Source: an uncultured Verrucomicrobiae bacterium
GTDB taxonomy: Bacteria > Verrucomicrobiota > Verrucomicrobiia > Chthoniobacterales > UBA10450
Reading direction: 5' to 3'
NCBI GenBank assembly: GCA_963834385.1
Contig: CAWIBO010000003.1
Coordinates: forward strand, 32,001-96,000
Length of the DNA: 64,000 nt
Shown here: piece after piece, positions 20,728-32,165 of the stretch
How the letters are laid out: every line of letters begins with the position of its first letter
Numbering within the stretch: position 1 is the first letter of the stretch
The notes under the pieces: generated by a model
The model's database searches: none
What the model saw: the letters and a program-made list of their open reading frames with translations, nothing else
What the model was told of the DNA's origin: nothing
Program-made: the position numbers and the translations under genes

Positions 20728-21074
20728 CCCGTGGAATCCTTCCTGGGCGCCGGGGTGGGAGCGGCGGGTGCGGCCGGTGCTGGCGCGACCTTTTTTGTTT
20801 CCTTGTTCTCCTTGCCGCCCGTGGGGGAGGAGGATGCCGTCTCTTTCTTCGCGCCTTCCTTGTAGGAATTGCTCCGGTAATCCGTGATGTAGAAGCCGGA
20901 CCCCTTGAAAATCAGGCCGGCCCCGGTGCCGAGCAGGCGTTTGACCCGGCCATGACCCCATTCGGCCATGCGGCAATGCGTCTGCGGACATTCGCGAAAA
21001 GCTTCGTCGCGCATGGACTGAAACGCCTCAAAGTTCTGCCCGCATTTTTCGCAGGAATATTCGTAGGTGGGCAT
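20724..21074 (-). CDS. FmdB family zinc-ribbon protein
   Basis: MPTYEYSCEKCG...FKGSGFYITDYR. Confidence 0.9.
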   Translation of the reverse strand: MPTYEYSCEKCGQNFEAFQSMRDEAFRECPQTHCRMAEWGHGRVKRLLGTGAGLIFKGSGFYITDYRSNSYKEGAKKETASSSPTGGKENKETKKVAPAPAAPAAPTPAPRKDSTG

Positions 21075-21246
21075 GAGAGGTCGCCGGGCGGTGGCGGCAT
21101 TGTGAAGGAAAAAAAGCAGAATTCAAGCCGCCCGGTCGGGCGGCTTGCGCCGCGACCGACGCCACCGCGGGAGAGACGCGACCGGGCGCCACCTTGACTT
21201 CACGGGGTGCGCGAAGTAGAGGACCAAAGCAGTTTCCCCCCTGATT

Positions 21247-21864
21247 ATGATGAAGATTTTGCAGTTTTCCCCACGGATATCCCTCATCGCCGCCGGCTTC
21301 TTCCTCGCTGGTTGCGCCATGGACGATCCGCGTTACAGCGCGGAGACCCAGTATCTCGGTGGCATTTATTCCGGTCACGCGGTCTCGGCCTCAGCCCCGT
21401 CCGACAGCATTTCCTACTGGGATGGCGACGGCGTTTCGGGCTCGCCCTCGGTCAAGATCAGCATCTCCGAACAGCGCGCTTATTTCTACAAGGGCGGCAA
21501 ACTGGTGGGCATCTCCCAGCTCTCGACCGGCCAGGAGGGACGCGACACCCCGGTGGGCAAATTCAAGATCATGCAGAAGGACAAGGACCATGCCTCGAAT
21601 CTCTACGGCGATTATGTCGACTCGACCGGCACGGTGGTGAAGTCGAACATTGGCATCAAGGAAGACCCGAAGCCGCCCGGCACCCGCTTCAAGGGCGCGC
21701 CCATGCCCTATTTCATGCGCATTACTTCCGGGGGCGTCGGCCTGCATGCCGGTTATCTCCCCGGGTATCCCGCTTCGCACGGGTGCATCCGCATGCCGGA
21801 ATACATGGCTGAGGCTTTCTTTGCCAACGTCTCCATCGGGACTCCGGTCACGATCGTCCGCTGA
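21247..21864 (+). CDS. L,D-transpeptidase (YkuD) lipoprotein
   Basis: Lipobox LAGC; STG...TPVGKF; LHAG...ASHGCIRM. Confidence 0.92.
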   Translation: MMKILQFSPRISLIAAGFFLAGCAMDDPRYSAETQYLGGIYSGHAVSASAPSDSISYWDGDGVSGSPSVKISISEQRAYFYKGGKLVGISQLSTGQEGRDTPVGKFKIMQKDKDHASNLYGDYVDSTGTVVKSNIGIKEDPKPPGTRFKGAPMPYFMRITSGGVGLHAGYLPGYPASHGCIRMPEYMAEAFFANVSIGTPVTIVR

Positions 21865-21890
21865 TGGCCACGGGCGGGGCGGGGCGAGTC

Positions 21891-21919
21891 TTGCATAACA
21901 CCGCGCCGGACGGCATTCT
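21891..21919 (+). promoter_or_regulatory. Putative sigma70 promoter of aroF
   Basis: TTGCAT-17 nt-CATTCT. Confidence 0.4.
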
Positions 21920-21940
21920 CTGGCGGGCTCAGGCCGCGCC

Positions 21941-22957
21941 ATGATGATCATTACCAAACCGCAGGCGACGGAGGAACAGATCGAGCAGATCGTCGCGCGC
22001 GTGCGCGAGATGGGTCTGCAGCCGCAGGTCAATCGCGAGGCGGCGCGCGTCAGCATCGGTCTTTCCGGAGCGGACGAACTCGTGCGGGAGAAGCCGCTCG
22101 CCTCACTCCCGGGCGTGGAGGCCATCGTGCCGTTCTCGCCCCCCTACAAACTCGCCGCCTCCGGCAACGGTCACGCCACTTCCTTTGTCTCGGTCGGCGA
22201 CGTCCGAATCGGGCGCCGCGAAAAGATTGTCCTTATTTCGGGGCCCTGTGCGGTGGAAAGCGCGGAGCAGATTGCTTCCATTGCCGGGACGGTGAAGGAA
22301 TCAGGCGCGCGCGTCCTCCGCGGGGGCGCCTTCAAACCCCGGACTTCGCCCTACACCTTCCAGGGATTGCGGGAGGAGGGCCTGCGTTACCTGGCCGAGG
22401 CGCGGGCGCGTACCGGCCTGCCGGTTATCACCGAGATCATGGACCCGCGCGACCTGCCTCTCCTGGAGCAGTATGCCGATTGTCTCCAGATCGGCGCGCG
22501 GAACATGCAAAACTATTCGCTGCTGCGCGAGGTGGGCCGGAGCCGTCTCCCGGTGCTGCTCAAACGCGGCTTCAGCGCCACCCTGAACGACCTCATGCTC
22601 AGCGCGGAGTATATCCTGAGCGAGGGCAACATGCAGGTCATGCTCTGCGAACGGGGCGTGCGCACCTTCGAGACGGCCACCCGTTACACCCTCGACCTCA
22701 GTGCCGTCCCCATTCTCAAGGCCAAGACCCATCTTCCTGTCGTGGTGGATCCCACCCACGCGGTCGGGTTGCGCGAGTTTGTTCCCGCCATGGCCCTGGC
22801 CGCGGTGGCGGCCGGTGCTGACGCCCTCCTGATCGAGGTTCATCATACTCCCGAGCTGGCGCGGAGCGACGGCGAGCAGGCCCTGGTGCCGGAGGCCTTC
22901 CAGGAACTCGTGCCGCGCCTGCGCGCGGTGGCCGAGGCCGTGGGTCGCGGCTTGTAG
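21941..22957 (+). CDS. aroF: DAHP synthase type I-beta with N-terminal regulatory domain
   Basis: [43 protein letters not shown]. Confidence 0.93.
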   Translation: MMIITKPQATEEQIEQIVARVREMGLQPQVNREAARVSIGLSGADELVREKPLASLPGVEAIVPFSPPYKLAASGNGHATSFVSVGDVRIGRREKIVLISGPCAVESAEQIASIAGTVKESGARVLRGGAFKPRTSPYTFQGLREEGLRYLAEARARTGLPVITEIMDPRDLPLLEQYADCLQIGARNMQNYSLLREVGRSRLPVLLKRGFSATLNDLMLSAEYILSEGNMQVMLCERGVRTFETATRYTLDLSAVPILKAKTHLPVVVDPTHAVGLREFVPAMALAAVAAGADALLIEVHHTPELARSDGEQALVPEAFQELVPRLRAVAEAVGRGL

Positions 22958-23015
22958 CCGCGGCAATTCCCCTCGCCACGGCGTTTTATCCCGGCGCCGT
23001 TGCAGTCGCCCGCAA

Positions 23016-26000
23016 GTGAAGGAACCGTCGCGCGTGTCCCATCCTCCCGACCTGATCGAACTGGCCGCAGCTTCCCCCGCGCTCGCGGGCAAGGTCGAGC
23101 AGATCAGGCTCGGCCAGACCCCCGTGCTTTTTTCGCACGTCACCGAATCGGCCCACGGTTTTTTGGCGGCCCTGCTGGCGCGCCGGCTCGAGCGGACGCT
23201 CTGGATCGTCTGCGCCAATGTCCGTTCCCAGGAGCTGCTCTTCGAGACGCTGATCAACTGGAAGCCGGACGCGCTCTTTCTGCCCGAGGCCGAGTTCGCT
23301 GCCGTCGAGACCGTGCTCCCCGATCCGGAAATCACCGCGGAACGACTGGCTCTGCTGGGCCGGTTGGAAAAGGAGAAGAGTCCGCAGCTCGTCGTTGCCA
23401 CCGCGGCCAGCCTTGACCAGGCTGCGCCGAAACCGGGAACGCTTAAGGCCGCCTCCCTTACCTTGCGCCGGCAGACCCGGCAGGAAATGGAGCAGGTGCT
23501 GGCACGGCTGGCCGACGCCGGATACGAGCGGGTCGCGCAGGTGACCACGCGCGGCCAGTTCGCGGTCCGCGGCGGCATCCTGGATCTTTTTTCCTGGCAA
23601 ACGGCCGTTCCTCTGCGCATCGAGTTCCTCGACGACGAGATCGAGTCGCTGCGCGAGTTCGACGTCGATGCGCAGACGGCCCTGCGCAACCTGCAATCGG
23701 CGGAAGTCCTGCTCGGCGGGAGCGACGATCACCGCGGGCGGGTCCGCGATTACATCGCGCCGAGTCATCTGGTGGTCGCGGTGGAAACGGAGGCGGTCGA
23801 GGCTGCTCCGATCCGGATCAGCGAAGGCTGGCTTGAGGGAGAGGATGGTCCGGAGGATTTCGCGGGCGCCTTCCAGGACTGCGCCGTCGGTGATTTTGCC
23901 GTGGGCGAGTTTCTCCTCGCGGAAGCGAAACGGGCTGATTTTTGCGCGCGCCTCCGGGATTGGCGAGAGGAGGGGGCGACCGTGGTCATCTATTTTCAGA
24001 CCGAGGGAGAGATTGAGCGGTTCCGCGAGATTTTCGAGACAGGGAAGGACGACCTGCAGGGGGCGGTCCTGAGCGAAGGTTCGCTCGCGCGAAGGTTTTG
24101 CCTGCCGGATGCCGGCCTGGTGGTTCTCTCCGGGGCGGAACTCTTCGGGCGCTCGCCCGCGCACGGGCGGCGCCGGTTGCAGCGGGCCGAGCGGCTGGGG
24201 CGGAACCGCGCCCAGATTGATTTCAGCGAACTGAACGAGGGGGACCACGTGGTGCACCTCGAGCACGGGATCGGCCGCTTCCTGCAACTGACGAAGATGC
24301 CGGCGGCGGGCGGGGCGGAACAGGAAGTGTTGGTTCTTGAGTTTGCCGAGGAAGCCCGGCTCTACGTGCCGCTGGAGCAGGCCTATCTGGTTTCGCGCTA
24401 CGTCGGCGTGGGAAAAAAGTCGCCGCCCCTCAGCTCACTGGCGGACGCCAAATGGGCGAAGGCCAAGAAGAACGCGGCCGCGGCCATTTTCGACTACGCC
24501 GGCAAGATGCTCGCCGTCCAGGCGGAGCGTGAGACCGAGGCGGGCTATACCTTCGGGCCCGACACAAAATGGCAGGAGGAGTTTGAGCACTCCTTTCTCT
24601 TCCGGGAGACGCCGGATCAGCTCAAGGCCATCGCCGAGACCAAGCGCGACATGGAATCGACCCGCCGATGGACCGGCTGATCTGCGGCGATGTGGGGTTT
24701 GGCAAGACGGAGGTGGCCATTCGCGCCGCCTTCAAGGCGGTCATGGACGGGAAACAGGTCGCCATGCTCGCGCCGACCACCGTGCTGGCGCAGCAGCACT
24801 ATCGAAACTTTCCGGCGAGCGCATGCTCGACTACCCGGTGCGGATCGAAATGCTGAGCCGCTTCCGCACGCCGGCCGAGCAGCGCGAGGTGCTGCGGCAG
24901 TTGCACGACGGCAGCGTGGATATCGTCATCGGCACGCACCGCCTGATTTCCGAGGATGTCGTTTTCAAGGATCTCGGCCTGGTCGTGATCGACGAGGAGC
25001 AGCGCTTCGGCGTGATGCACAAGGAGAAGTTCAAGGAGCTCTTCCGGCTGGTGGACGTGCTCACCCTCTCCGCCACGCCGATTCCGCGCACGCTTTACCT
25101 CTCGCTCGATGGGCGTGAGGGACATGTCCACCATCGAGACCCCGCCGCCGAACCGGCATCCCGGTCGAGACGATCATCTGCGCCTATGACGAGCGCGTCA
25201 TCCGCGACGCCATCGAGCGCGAGATGGAGCGGCAGGGCCAGGTCTTCTTCCTGCACAACCGCGTCGAAACCATCGAGCGCATGCGCGACCGGATCGCTGA
25301 GCTGTGCCCCGGCGCCCGGGTCGACATCGGCCACGGCCAGATGGACGAGGACGACCTGGAGGAGGTCATGGCCCGCTTCGTCGCGGGCGAGATCGATGTG
25401 CTGGTCTGCACCACCATCATCGAGAGCGGCCTCGATATTCCGAACGCCAACACCATCATCATCGATCGCGCCGACCGCTTCGGCCTGGCCGACCTCTACC
25501 AGCTGCGCGGCCGGGTCGGGCGGGCCGAGACACAAGGCCTACGCCTATCTCCTGCTCCCGCGCGAGATGATGACGGTGGGGGCGGCGCGCAAACGGATCA
25601 ACGCCATCAAGCAGTACACCTCGCTCGGAGCCGGCTTCAAAATCGCCATGCGCGACCTCGAGATCCGCGGCGCCGGCAATCCTTCTCGGCACCGCCGCAG
25701 AGCGGCCACATCGTCCAGATCGGCTTCGATCTCTATTGCCAGCTGCTGAAGCAGGCGGTGGCGCAGTTGAAGGGCGAGAAATTCAAACCCCGGCTCGAGG
25801 TCGAATTGCGCCTGGATTTCGTCGCCACCAACCAGGCCGAGTTCCTTGAGACCGACGCCGGACGGCGCCTCCCGGCCTTCCTTCCGGCCGGCTTCGTCAG
25901 CGACACCACCCTGCGCATCCAGGCTTACCGCGGCCTGGCCGAGGTCACCACCCGGGAACAGCTCGATCGCCTGCGCAAGGGGTGGCGGGACCGGTTCGGC

Positions 26001-26216
26001 CGATTCCCCGCCGCGGTTGACAATTTGCTTCTTCTCGCCGAAATCAGACTGGCCGCGACAAAGGCTGCTGTCAGCCGGGTCGAAGTGCGCGAGCGCAAGC
26101 TGATGCTGACGCGCCATGGGCATTTCATCCTTGTCGGCGGCAAATTCCCCCGTTTAGTTGCCGAGACCCTCGAACAGCATCTTTCTGAAGTGCTTGCCCT
26201 GATCAAAAAACTTTAG
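23016..26216 (+). CDS. mfd: Transcription-repair coupling factor (about six frame breaks, likely sequencing errors)
   Basis: [75 protein letters not shown] spread over several frames; breaks near 24665, 24810, 25108, 25160, 25530, 25685. Confidence 0.93.
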
Positions 26217-26221
26217 CTGCA

Positions 26222-27202
26222 ATGACCCGACCACTTCTTCTCGTTCTTGGCGCCATCCTGCTCTGGTCTTCTTCGCCGGTTTGCAACGGCGCGCTCGCCG
26301 CGCAACAGGAGGTGGTTGATGGCATCGCCGCCGTCGTGAATGGCGACGTCATTACCTTCTCGCAGGTGCGCGAGCTCGTGCTGCCGCGCGAGAAAGCCCT
26401 GCGCGCGCAATACACCGGCGAGGAACTGGCCGCCAAGGTCAAGGAGGTCCGGGTCGCCGCCCTGCAGGATTTGATCGACCGGCAGCTCATCATCCAGGCT
26501 TTTGCCAAGGAGAGCTTCCAGATCCCGGATATCTACGTCGATAACCACATCAAGACGATCATCCGCGAAAATTTCGGCGGTGACCGCCAGACATTTATCA
26601 AGGCCTTGAACGCGCAGAATTTCACCCTCGGCGAGTTCAAGAAACTGGAGAAAGAGAAGATCATCGTGCAGGCCATGCGCGGCCGGAATGTGCAGATGAA
26701 CACGATCATCCCCCCGACCAAGGTGGACGAGTATTACCGCACCCACCGCGAGGAGTTCTCGAGCAAGGAACGCGTCCGCCTGCGCCTGATCATGATCCCC
26801 GGCGGCGAGGACAGCGGCAAAACCGCGGCGCAAAAGGCCCTGGCCGAGGAGATCATGGCCAAGATCGTCAAGGGGTCCGATTTCGAGCGCATGGCCCAGA
26901 TGTATTCCGAGGACAGCACCCGCGATTCTGGCGGCGACTGGGGCTGGATCGACCGGAACACGCTGGCCGAGCCGCTCGAGAAAATCGCCTTTAATCTTCC
27001 GGTCGGGAAAATCAGCAACATCATCGAGCTCGGCGGCTCCTTTTACATCCTGAAGGTGGAGGAAAAAGAGGGCGGCGTGACCAAGCCGCTGGCTGAGGTC
27101 CGCACCGAGATCGAGAAAAAGCTGAAGCAGGAGGAATCGCAGCGCTTGCAGGAGCGCTGGCTCGCCAGCCTGCGCGAGAAGGCCTACATCAAGACCTTCT
27201 AG
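26222..27202 (+). CDS. surA: SurA-like peptidylprolyl isomerase
   Basis: Signal peptide, DGIAAVVNGDVIT, parvulin motifs FERMAQMYSED, GGDWGW; lies upstream of pdxA. Confidence 0.85.
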   Translation: MTRPLLLVLGAILLWSSSPVCNGALAAQQEVVDGIAAVVNGDVITFSQVRELVLPREKALRAQYTGEELAAKVKEVRVAALQDLIDRQLIIQAFAKESFQIPDIYVDNHIKTIIRENFGGDRQTFIKALNAQNFTLGEFKKLEKEKIIVQAMRGRNVQMNTIIPPTKVDEYYRTHREEFSSKERVRLRLIMIPGGEDSGKTAAQKALAEEIMAKIVKGSDFERMAQMYSEDSTRDSGGDWGWIDRNTLAEPLEKIAFNLPVGKISNIIELGGSFYILKVEEKEGGVTKPLAEVRTEIEKKLKQEESQRLQERWLASLREKAYIKTF

Positions 27203-27279
27203 GTTCGCCGGCGGCCCCCGCCGGAAAGAGTCCTTTTGCCGCGGCTTGCCGTGCGCTCCCCCTTTCGTGACAATGCGCG

Positions 27280-28161
27280 ATGCCGCGCATCGGAATCACC
27301 CTCGGCGACCAGGCCGGAATTGGCCCCGAGATCGTGGCGGCGGCCCTCCGTTCGCCCGAGGTTGCCACCCAGGCGGAGTTTCGGCTGATCGGCGAGAAGA
27401 TCGAGGCGATGCCGGGTCAGCCCACCCCCGACTCGGCGCGCGCCGCCCGGGCGGCGCTCGAGGAAGCCGTGGCGGCGGCCCGGGCCGGCGAGATCGATGC
27501 CGTGGTCACCGGTCCGATTCACAAGGCGCGCCTCTACCAGGCCGGATTCGAGTTTGCCGGTCAGACGGAGTTTTTTGCCGAACGCTGCGGCGTGGAGAAC
27601 TACGCCATGCTCCTGACCGGGGGCAGGATCACCGTTGCGCTGGTGACGACGCACCTGCCCCTGCGTGAGGTTGCCGGCCGCCTGCGGGAAAGCGAGATCG
27701 TCCGCGTCGGCCTTCTTTTGCGAGACTTTCTTCGACAGCGCGGCCATGCCCGGCCGCGGCTGGCCGTGGCTGGATTGAACCCGCATGCCGGCGAGGAGGG
27801 GGCGCTCGGCCGGGAGGAAATCGAAATCGTGCAGCCGGCGGTGGCAAAGCTGCAGGCGGCCGCGGGTCATCCCGAGAGCGCGTTCTGCGCCGGACCGTTT
27901 TCGCCCGACACCCTTTTTCACCATGCCGCCGAGGGAGCCTGGGATGGGGTGGTCTGTCTTTATCACGACCAGGGCCTGATTCCGCTGAAGCTGCATGCCT
28001 TTCATTCCGGGGTGAACGTCACCCTGGGCCTTCCTTTTCCGCGGACCAGCCCCGATCACGGCACCGCCTTTGAGATCGCGGGAAAAGGAGTGGCCCGGCC
28101 CGACAGCATGATTGCCGCCATCCGGCTGGCCATTGAACTGGCCGGAAGTCCGCAAAAATGA
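27280..28161 (+). CDS. pdxA: 4-hydroxythreonine-4-phosphate dehydrogenase
   Basis: GDQAGIGPE, GLNPHAGE, YHDQGLIPLK, RTSPDHGTAF. Confidence 0.95.
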   Translation: MPRIGITLGDQAGIGPEIVAAALRSPEVATQAEFRLIGEKIEAMPGQPTPDSARAARAALEEAVAAARAGEIDAVVTGPIHKARLYQAGFEFAGQTEFFAERCGVENYAMLLTGGRITVALVTTHLPLREVAGRLRESEIVRVGLLLRDFLRQRGHARPRLAVAGLNPHAGEEGALGREEIEIVQPAVAKLQAAAGHPESAFCAGPFSPDTLFHHAAEGAWDGVVCLYHDQGLIPLKLHAFHSGVNVTLGLPFPRTSPDHGTAFEIAGKGVARPDSMIAAIRLAIELAGSPQK

Positions 28162-28793
28162 AATCGCTGCTCCGCTCCGTTCCGTTATCGCATTTTTGTC
28201 TGCTCGGCCTGGTCCTGTTGGTTTTTGGATGGTCGGGCTGGCGGCCCCATGATCGCCTCACCTGGTGGCTCGAGACCGCCCCCACCATCGCGGGGGTCCT
28301 TCTTCTCCTGGCCACCTATCGCCGCTTCACTTTCACCACCTTCACTTACTTTTTTATCGCCCTGCACATGGTGCTTCTCTGCATTGGCGGCCATCACACT
28401 TATGCGCGCGAGCCTTTCTTCGGCTGGCTGCAGACGGAGTTCGACCTGGCGCGCAACCATTTCGATCGCCTCGGGCACTTCGTGCAGGGCTTCGTCCCGG
28501 CGCTGGTGGCGCGCGAACTTTTTCTCCGGCTTGGGGTTTTGCAACGGGAACGCTGGCAGCCGTTCCTGATTGTCTGCATCTGTGCCGCCATCAGCGCGGT
28601 CTATGAGCTGATCGAATGGGCGGCGGCCGAGCTGAGCGGGAGCGCGGCGGTCGAGTTTCTGGCCACCCAGGGCGACGTTTGGGACACGCAAAAGGACATG
28701 GGGCTGGCCATCATCGGTGCCGTCAGCGCCCTCGCGCTGCTGGCACGCTGGCAGGACCGGGCCCTGCGCCGGCGGCGGGAGGTGGAACCATGA
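28158..28793 (+). CDS. DUF2238 (YjdF) inner membrane protein
   Basis: IGGHHTYA, RNHFDRLGHF, YELIEW, QGDVWDTQKDM. Confidence 0.88.
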   Translation: MKSLLRSVPLSHFCLLGLVLLVFGWSGWRPHDRLTWWLETAPTIAGVLLLLATYRRFTFTTFTYFFIALHMVLLCIGGHHTYAREPFFGWLQTEFDLARNHFDRLGHFVQGFVPALVARELFLRLGVLQRERWQPFLIVCICAAISAVYELIEWAAAELSGSAAVEFLATQGDVWDTQKDMGLAIIGAVSALALLARWQDRALRRRREVEP

Positions 28794-29596
28794 ACCTGGC
28801 CAAGTACGGCACGGTCTTCAACATCGGGATCCAAAACACGTTTGTTTACCGCTGGAACTATTTCCTGCGCGCGCTTTTCGGCCTGATCCCGCTCGCCGGC
28901 ACGGTGTTTCTCTGGCGGGCCGTCTTTGCCGAGAAAGGGGGCGGCATGCAGGGCTACGACTACGCCTCCATGATTCACTATTACCTGCTGACCATCCTCG
29001 TCTCGAACCTGGTCACGCCCACCGAGGACGAATGGCAGATCGCCGCCGATATCCGCGAAGGACAGATCAACTCCTTCCTGACCAAGCCGCTGAACTACCT
29101 GGGTTACCGCTTTTGCATCTTCCTCAGCGGCCGGCTCGTCTACACCCTCGTCACCATTTTTCCGATCGCCCTGATCTTTTTCTATTTTCGCGATTACCTC
29201 AGCTTTCCGGAGCACGGGTCCACCTGGTTCTGGGCCCTGCTTTCCCTGCTCATGTCGGCCTGCATCCAGTTTTTCATCACCTACACCCTGGCCATGCTTG
29301 CCTTCTGGATTCTCGAAATTTCGACCATCGTCTTCATCGTTTATTCCTTTGAGTACTTCCTCGGGGGCCAGATGTTCCCGGTCGATATCATGCCGCCGGT
29401 GGTGCAGGCGGTGATGAAATGGCTCCCCTTTTATTACGAGCTCTTTTGCCCGATTGCGATCTACCTCGAACGACTCCAGGGCGCGGAGATGGCCGAGGCG
29501 CTTGTGATCCAGACCGGCTGGCTGGTCCTGACCGGCCTGGCCGCCCACGGCATGTGGCGTCGCGGGCTGAACCACTACCAGGCCGTCGGCGGCTGA
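28790..29596 (+). CDS. ABC-2 type permease (DUF990-like)
   Basis: IAADIREGQINSFLTKPLNY; six TM helices. Confidence 0.85.
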   Translation: MNLAKYGTVFNIGIQNTFVYRWNYFLRALFGLIPLAGTVFLWRAVFAEKGGGMQGYDYASMIHYYLLTILVSNLVTPTEDEWQIAADIREGQINSFLTKPLNYLGYRFCIFLSGRLVYTLVTIFPIALIFFYFRDYLSFPEHGSTWFWALLSLLMSACIQFFITYTLAMLAFWILEISTIVFIVYSFEYFLGGQMFPVDIMPPVVQAVMKWLPFYYELFCPIAIYLERLQGAEMAEALVIQTGWLVLTGLAAHGMWRRGLNHYQAVGG

Positions 29597-29605
29597 CCTT
29601 TCGTG

Positions 29606-30400
29606 ATGCGACGCTACCTCGACATCTACTCCATCATGCTGCGCAACTCCCTCATCCGGGAGATGAACTTCAAGGCCAACTTCATTCTCTGGCTCATCGT
29701 GGAAGTGCTCTGGTTCTGCGGCCAGATCTTCTTCTTCGGGATCATCTTCGGTCAGGTCGACCGGATTGGCGACTGGACGAAATGGGAGGTGGTGCTGCTG
29801 GTCGGGACGCACCAGATCATCGCCCAGCTTTTCCAGGCCTTCTTTTTCATGAACGTCTCGAACATCCCGGAACTCGTCCGGACCGGGAAGCTTGACACCC
29901 TCCTTGCGCTCCCGATCGACAGCCAGTTTGCCGTCTCCACCAAACAGTTCGGCCTCGACAGCATCATCAACGCTCTTCTCGGCGCGCTCGTGGTGATCGT
30001 GTCGCTGGTGCAGCTTCGCCTCACGCCGGGGCCCGGCGCCGTTCTTCTCTATTTCATCGCGCTCGGTTTCGGCGTGGCCGTGCATTACTCGATCATGCTC
30101 AGCCTCGCCGCGGTCAGCTTCTGGATCGTGCGGGCGCAGGGGCTCGTCTACGGCTACTTCAACTTCCTCCAGATCGCGCGCTATCCCGACGCGATTTTCC
30201 CCCGGCTTTTTCGCTTTGTTTTCGGCTGGATCATTCCGGTCATCATTGTTGCCAATATCCCCGCCCGGCTCCTGATAAAACCGCTGGAAAACCCGGCCGC
30301 CCTCATGTTTCACCTGGTCGTGGCCGCCTCAATTGCCTTCCTGCTTTCGCGCTTATTCTGGCGGTTCGCCCTCCGCCGTTACTCCAGTGCGAGTTCATAG
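29606..30400 (+). CDS. ABC-2 type permease (DUF990-like), partner subunit
   Basis: VRTGKLDTLLALPIDSQF, ARYPDAIFP, C-terminal RRYSSASS. Confidence 0.85.
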   Translation: MRRYLDIYSIMLRNSLIREMNFKANFILWLIVEVLWFCGQIFFFGIIFGQVDRIGDWTKWEVVLLVGTHQIIAQLFQAFFFMNVSNIPELVRTGKLDTLLALPIDSQFAVSTKQFGLDSIINALLGALVVIVSLVQLRLTPGPGAVLLYFIALGFGVAVHYSIMLSLAAVSFWIVRAQGLVYGYFNFLQIARYPDAIFPRLFRFVFGWIIPVIIVANIPARLLIKPLENPAALMFHLVVAASIAFLLSRLFWRFALRRYSSASS

Positions 30401-30532
30401 GCCGGTTTAATACCCTGTCGGGGAGGTGGTTAAACCCCGGGCAGGGAAGGGGAAATCTACCCTTGCGCGACAGGGGAATTGACCTTAATTATCGCTCCCT
30501 TTTTCGCGCCGCTCAGGGCGCTTGTTTCATTT

Positions 30533-31267
30533 ATGGCCCCGAAGAAATCCAAATCCCCCAAAAAAGCGGCTGCCGCCAAAGCGTCGCCGAAGAAAAAACC
30601 TGTTTCGGCGAAGAAACCGGCCGCGAAAAAGGCCGCCCCGAAGAAGGCTGCGCCGAAAAAAGCGGTGACAAAGAAGCCGGTCGCAAAGAAGAGCGCGCCC
30701 GCCAGGGCTTCGAAGCCGGCGAAGATCACCACGCGCCGGGAACTTCAGCAGGACCCGATGGCTTTCCTGGGGAACAATCACAAGGAACGCCGGCTCGATC
30801 CCTTTACCAAGGGCCAGAAGCAGAAGCTCCTGCACCTGCGTGACGCCATGGTCGATTCCATGGCCGGGGTTGCGCAGGACACCCTCCGCTCGCGCGCAGA
30901 GGGAAGTGAAGCTTCCGCCTTCGGCATGCACCAGGCCGACGCCGGCAGCGACGCTTACGATCGTGATTTTGCCCTCAGCCTTCTTTCCCAGGAACAGGAT
31001 GCTCTTTACGAGATCGACCAGGCGCTCAAGCGCATCGAGCTCGGCACCTATGGCGTTTGCGAAATGTCGGGCAAGAACATCCCGCATGCCCGCCTGGAGG
31101 CGATCCCGTTCGCCCGCTTCACCGTTGAGTGCCAGGCCCAGCTCGAGAAACAGAACAAGGCCTCGCGCGTTCGCCAGTCCGTCACCTCGCTTTTCGGCCT
31201 GACCGACGACGAGGGCGGCGAGGGCGAGGAAGAAGAATCAGCCACGCCGGAACCGGCCAAGGACTAA
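30533..31267 (+). CDS. dksA: DksA/TraR family protein with histone H1-like Lys/Ala/Pro-rich N-terminus
   Basis: (P/A)AKK repeats; [28 protein letters not shown]...[15 protein letters not shown]. Confidence 0.85.
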   Translation: MAPKKSKSPKKAAAAKASPKKKPVSAKKPAAKKAAPKKAAPKKAVTKKPVAKKSAPARASKPAKITTRRELQQDPMAFLGNNHKERRLDPFTKGQKQKLLHLRDAMVDSMAGVAQDTLRSRAEGSEASAFGMHQADAGSDAYDRDFALSLLSQEQDALYEIDQALKRIELGTYGVCEMSGKNIPHARLEAIPFARFTVECQAQLEKQNKASRVRQSVTSLFGLTDDEGGEGEEEESATPEPAKD

Positions 31268-31272
31268 TCATC

Positions 31273-31446
31273 ATGCCACAGGAAATCATCACGCTGGAGT
31301 GCACCGAGGCCAAGGCGCTCGGGAAACCGGTTTCGCGCTACATGAGCACGCGAAACAAGAAGAGCCCGCGCACGCCCAACCGGCTCGAGAAAAAGAAATA
31401 CAATCCCTTCCTCAAGAAGCACACCCTGCACCGGGAGACCCGCTAA
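31273..31446 (+). CDS. rpmG: 50S ribosomal protein L33 (Zn-free type)
   Basis: [12 protein letters not shown]...RYMSTRNKK...[21 protein letters not shown]. Confidence 0.95.
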   Translation: MPQEIITLECTEAKALGKPVSRYMSTRNKKSPRTPNRLEKKKYNPFLKKHTLHRETR

Positions 31447-31449
31447 ATC

Positions 31450-31689
31450 ATGCAACCGAAAACCGCCAAACGCCGGTCCGCCTTTCGCCGGGCCAACCGC
31501 ACCATGCCCCGCCGCCGCATCGATATCGCGGCCGAGGCCATCGATTACAAGAACCCCGACCTGCTGAAAAAGTTCGTCACCGAGAGCGGCAAGATCCTCC
31601 CGCGTCGCGTCACCGGCATGCCGGCGCACATGCACCGGAAGATCACTCGCGAGATCAAGCGCAGCCGCTCGGTTCTCCTGATGAAGTAG
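31450..31689 (+). CDS. rpsR: 30S ribosomal protein S18 (Zn-free type)
   Basis: [26 protein letters not shown]. Confidence 0.97.
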   Translation: MQPKTAKRRSAFRRANRTMPRRRIDIAAEAIDYKNPDLLKKFVTESGKILPRRVTGMPAHMHRKITREIKRSRSVLLMK

Positions 31690-31717
31690 CGGCAGACGCT
31701 GCCTGTTTCGTCCCGTT

Positions 31718-31744
31718 AAAACGCCGGCTCCGCCCGGCGTTTTT
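31718..31744 (+). terminator. Rho-independent terminator
   Basis: AAAACGCCGG-ctccgc-CCGGCGTTTTT. Confidence 0.75.
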
Positions 31745-31783
31745 GCTTTTGCCCGGTCCCGGGCAGGTGTTAGACCCGGCAAT

Positions 31784-32143
31784 ATGAGATTCTGCAGGTG
31801 CGGCGCCCTGCTGCTTTTCTTCTGGCTCGGAGTTCCCGTGGGCGGTTCCGAGGAGGTCACGCCTTTGGAGCGGCGCCACTCGAAGCATTATGGGAAAGCG
31901 ATGGCGGACGACGCTGCCGCTCTGAGGTGGCTCTTTCGTTTCACGACTTCGTCCGACATGGTCGGCGCCATGGGCGAGATCCATTCCGCCTGTCTGCTCA
32001 ATCTTTTACGCGGGCAGGGCGACCCGAAATTCGCGGCGCGGCTGGCCGGTGAGAACAAATCAGTGCGGCGCTCCGTGCTCTCTGCCTTGGATTATGCGGG
32101 CTGGGTTCCCGGACAATATCCGAAAACGGCTGCGCTGCGGTAA
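31784..32143 (+). CDS. Hypothetical small secreted protein
   Basis: ORF fills the intergenic gap; hydrophobic N-terminus. Confidence 0.5.
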   Translation: MRFCRCGALLLFFWLGVPVGGSEEVTPLERRHSKHYGKAMADDAAALRWLFRFTTSSDMVGAMGEIHSACLLNLLRGQGDPKFAARLAGENKSVRRSVLSALDYAGWVPGQYPKTAALR

Positions 32144-32165
32144 GGCGGGCGCGGAGCGCCCCCGG

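Noticed and set aside
23016..26216. mfd (and pheT, carA, alr) as pseudogenes
   Set aside because: All motifs are intact with no nonsense codons, and pheT is essential
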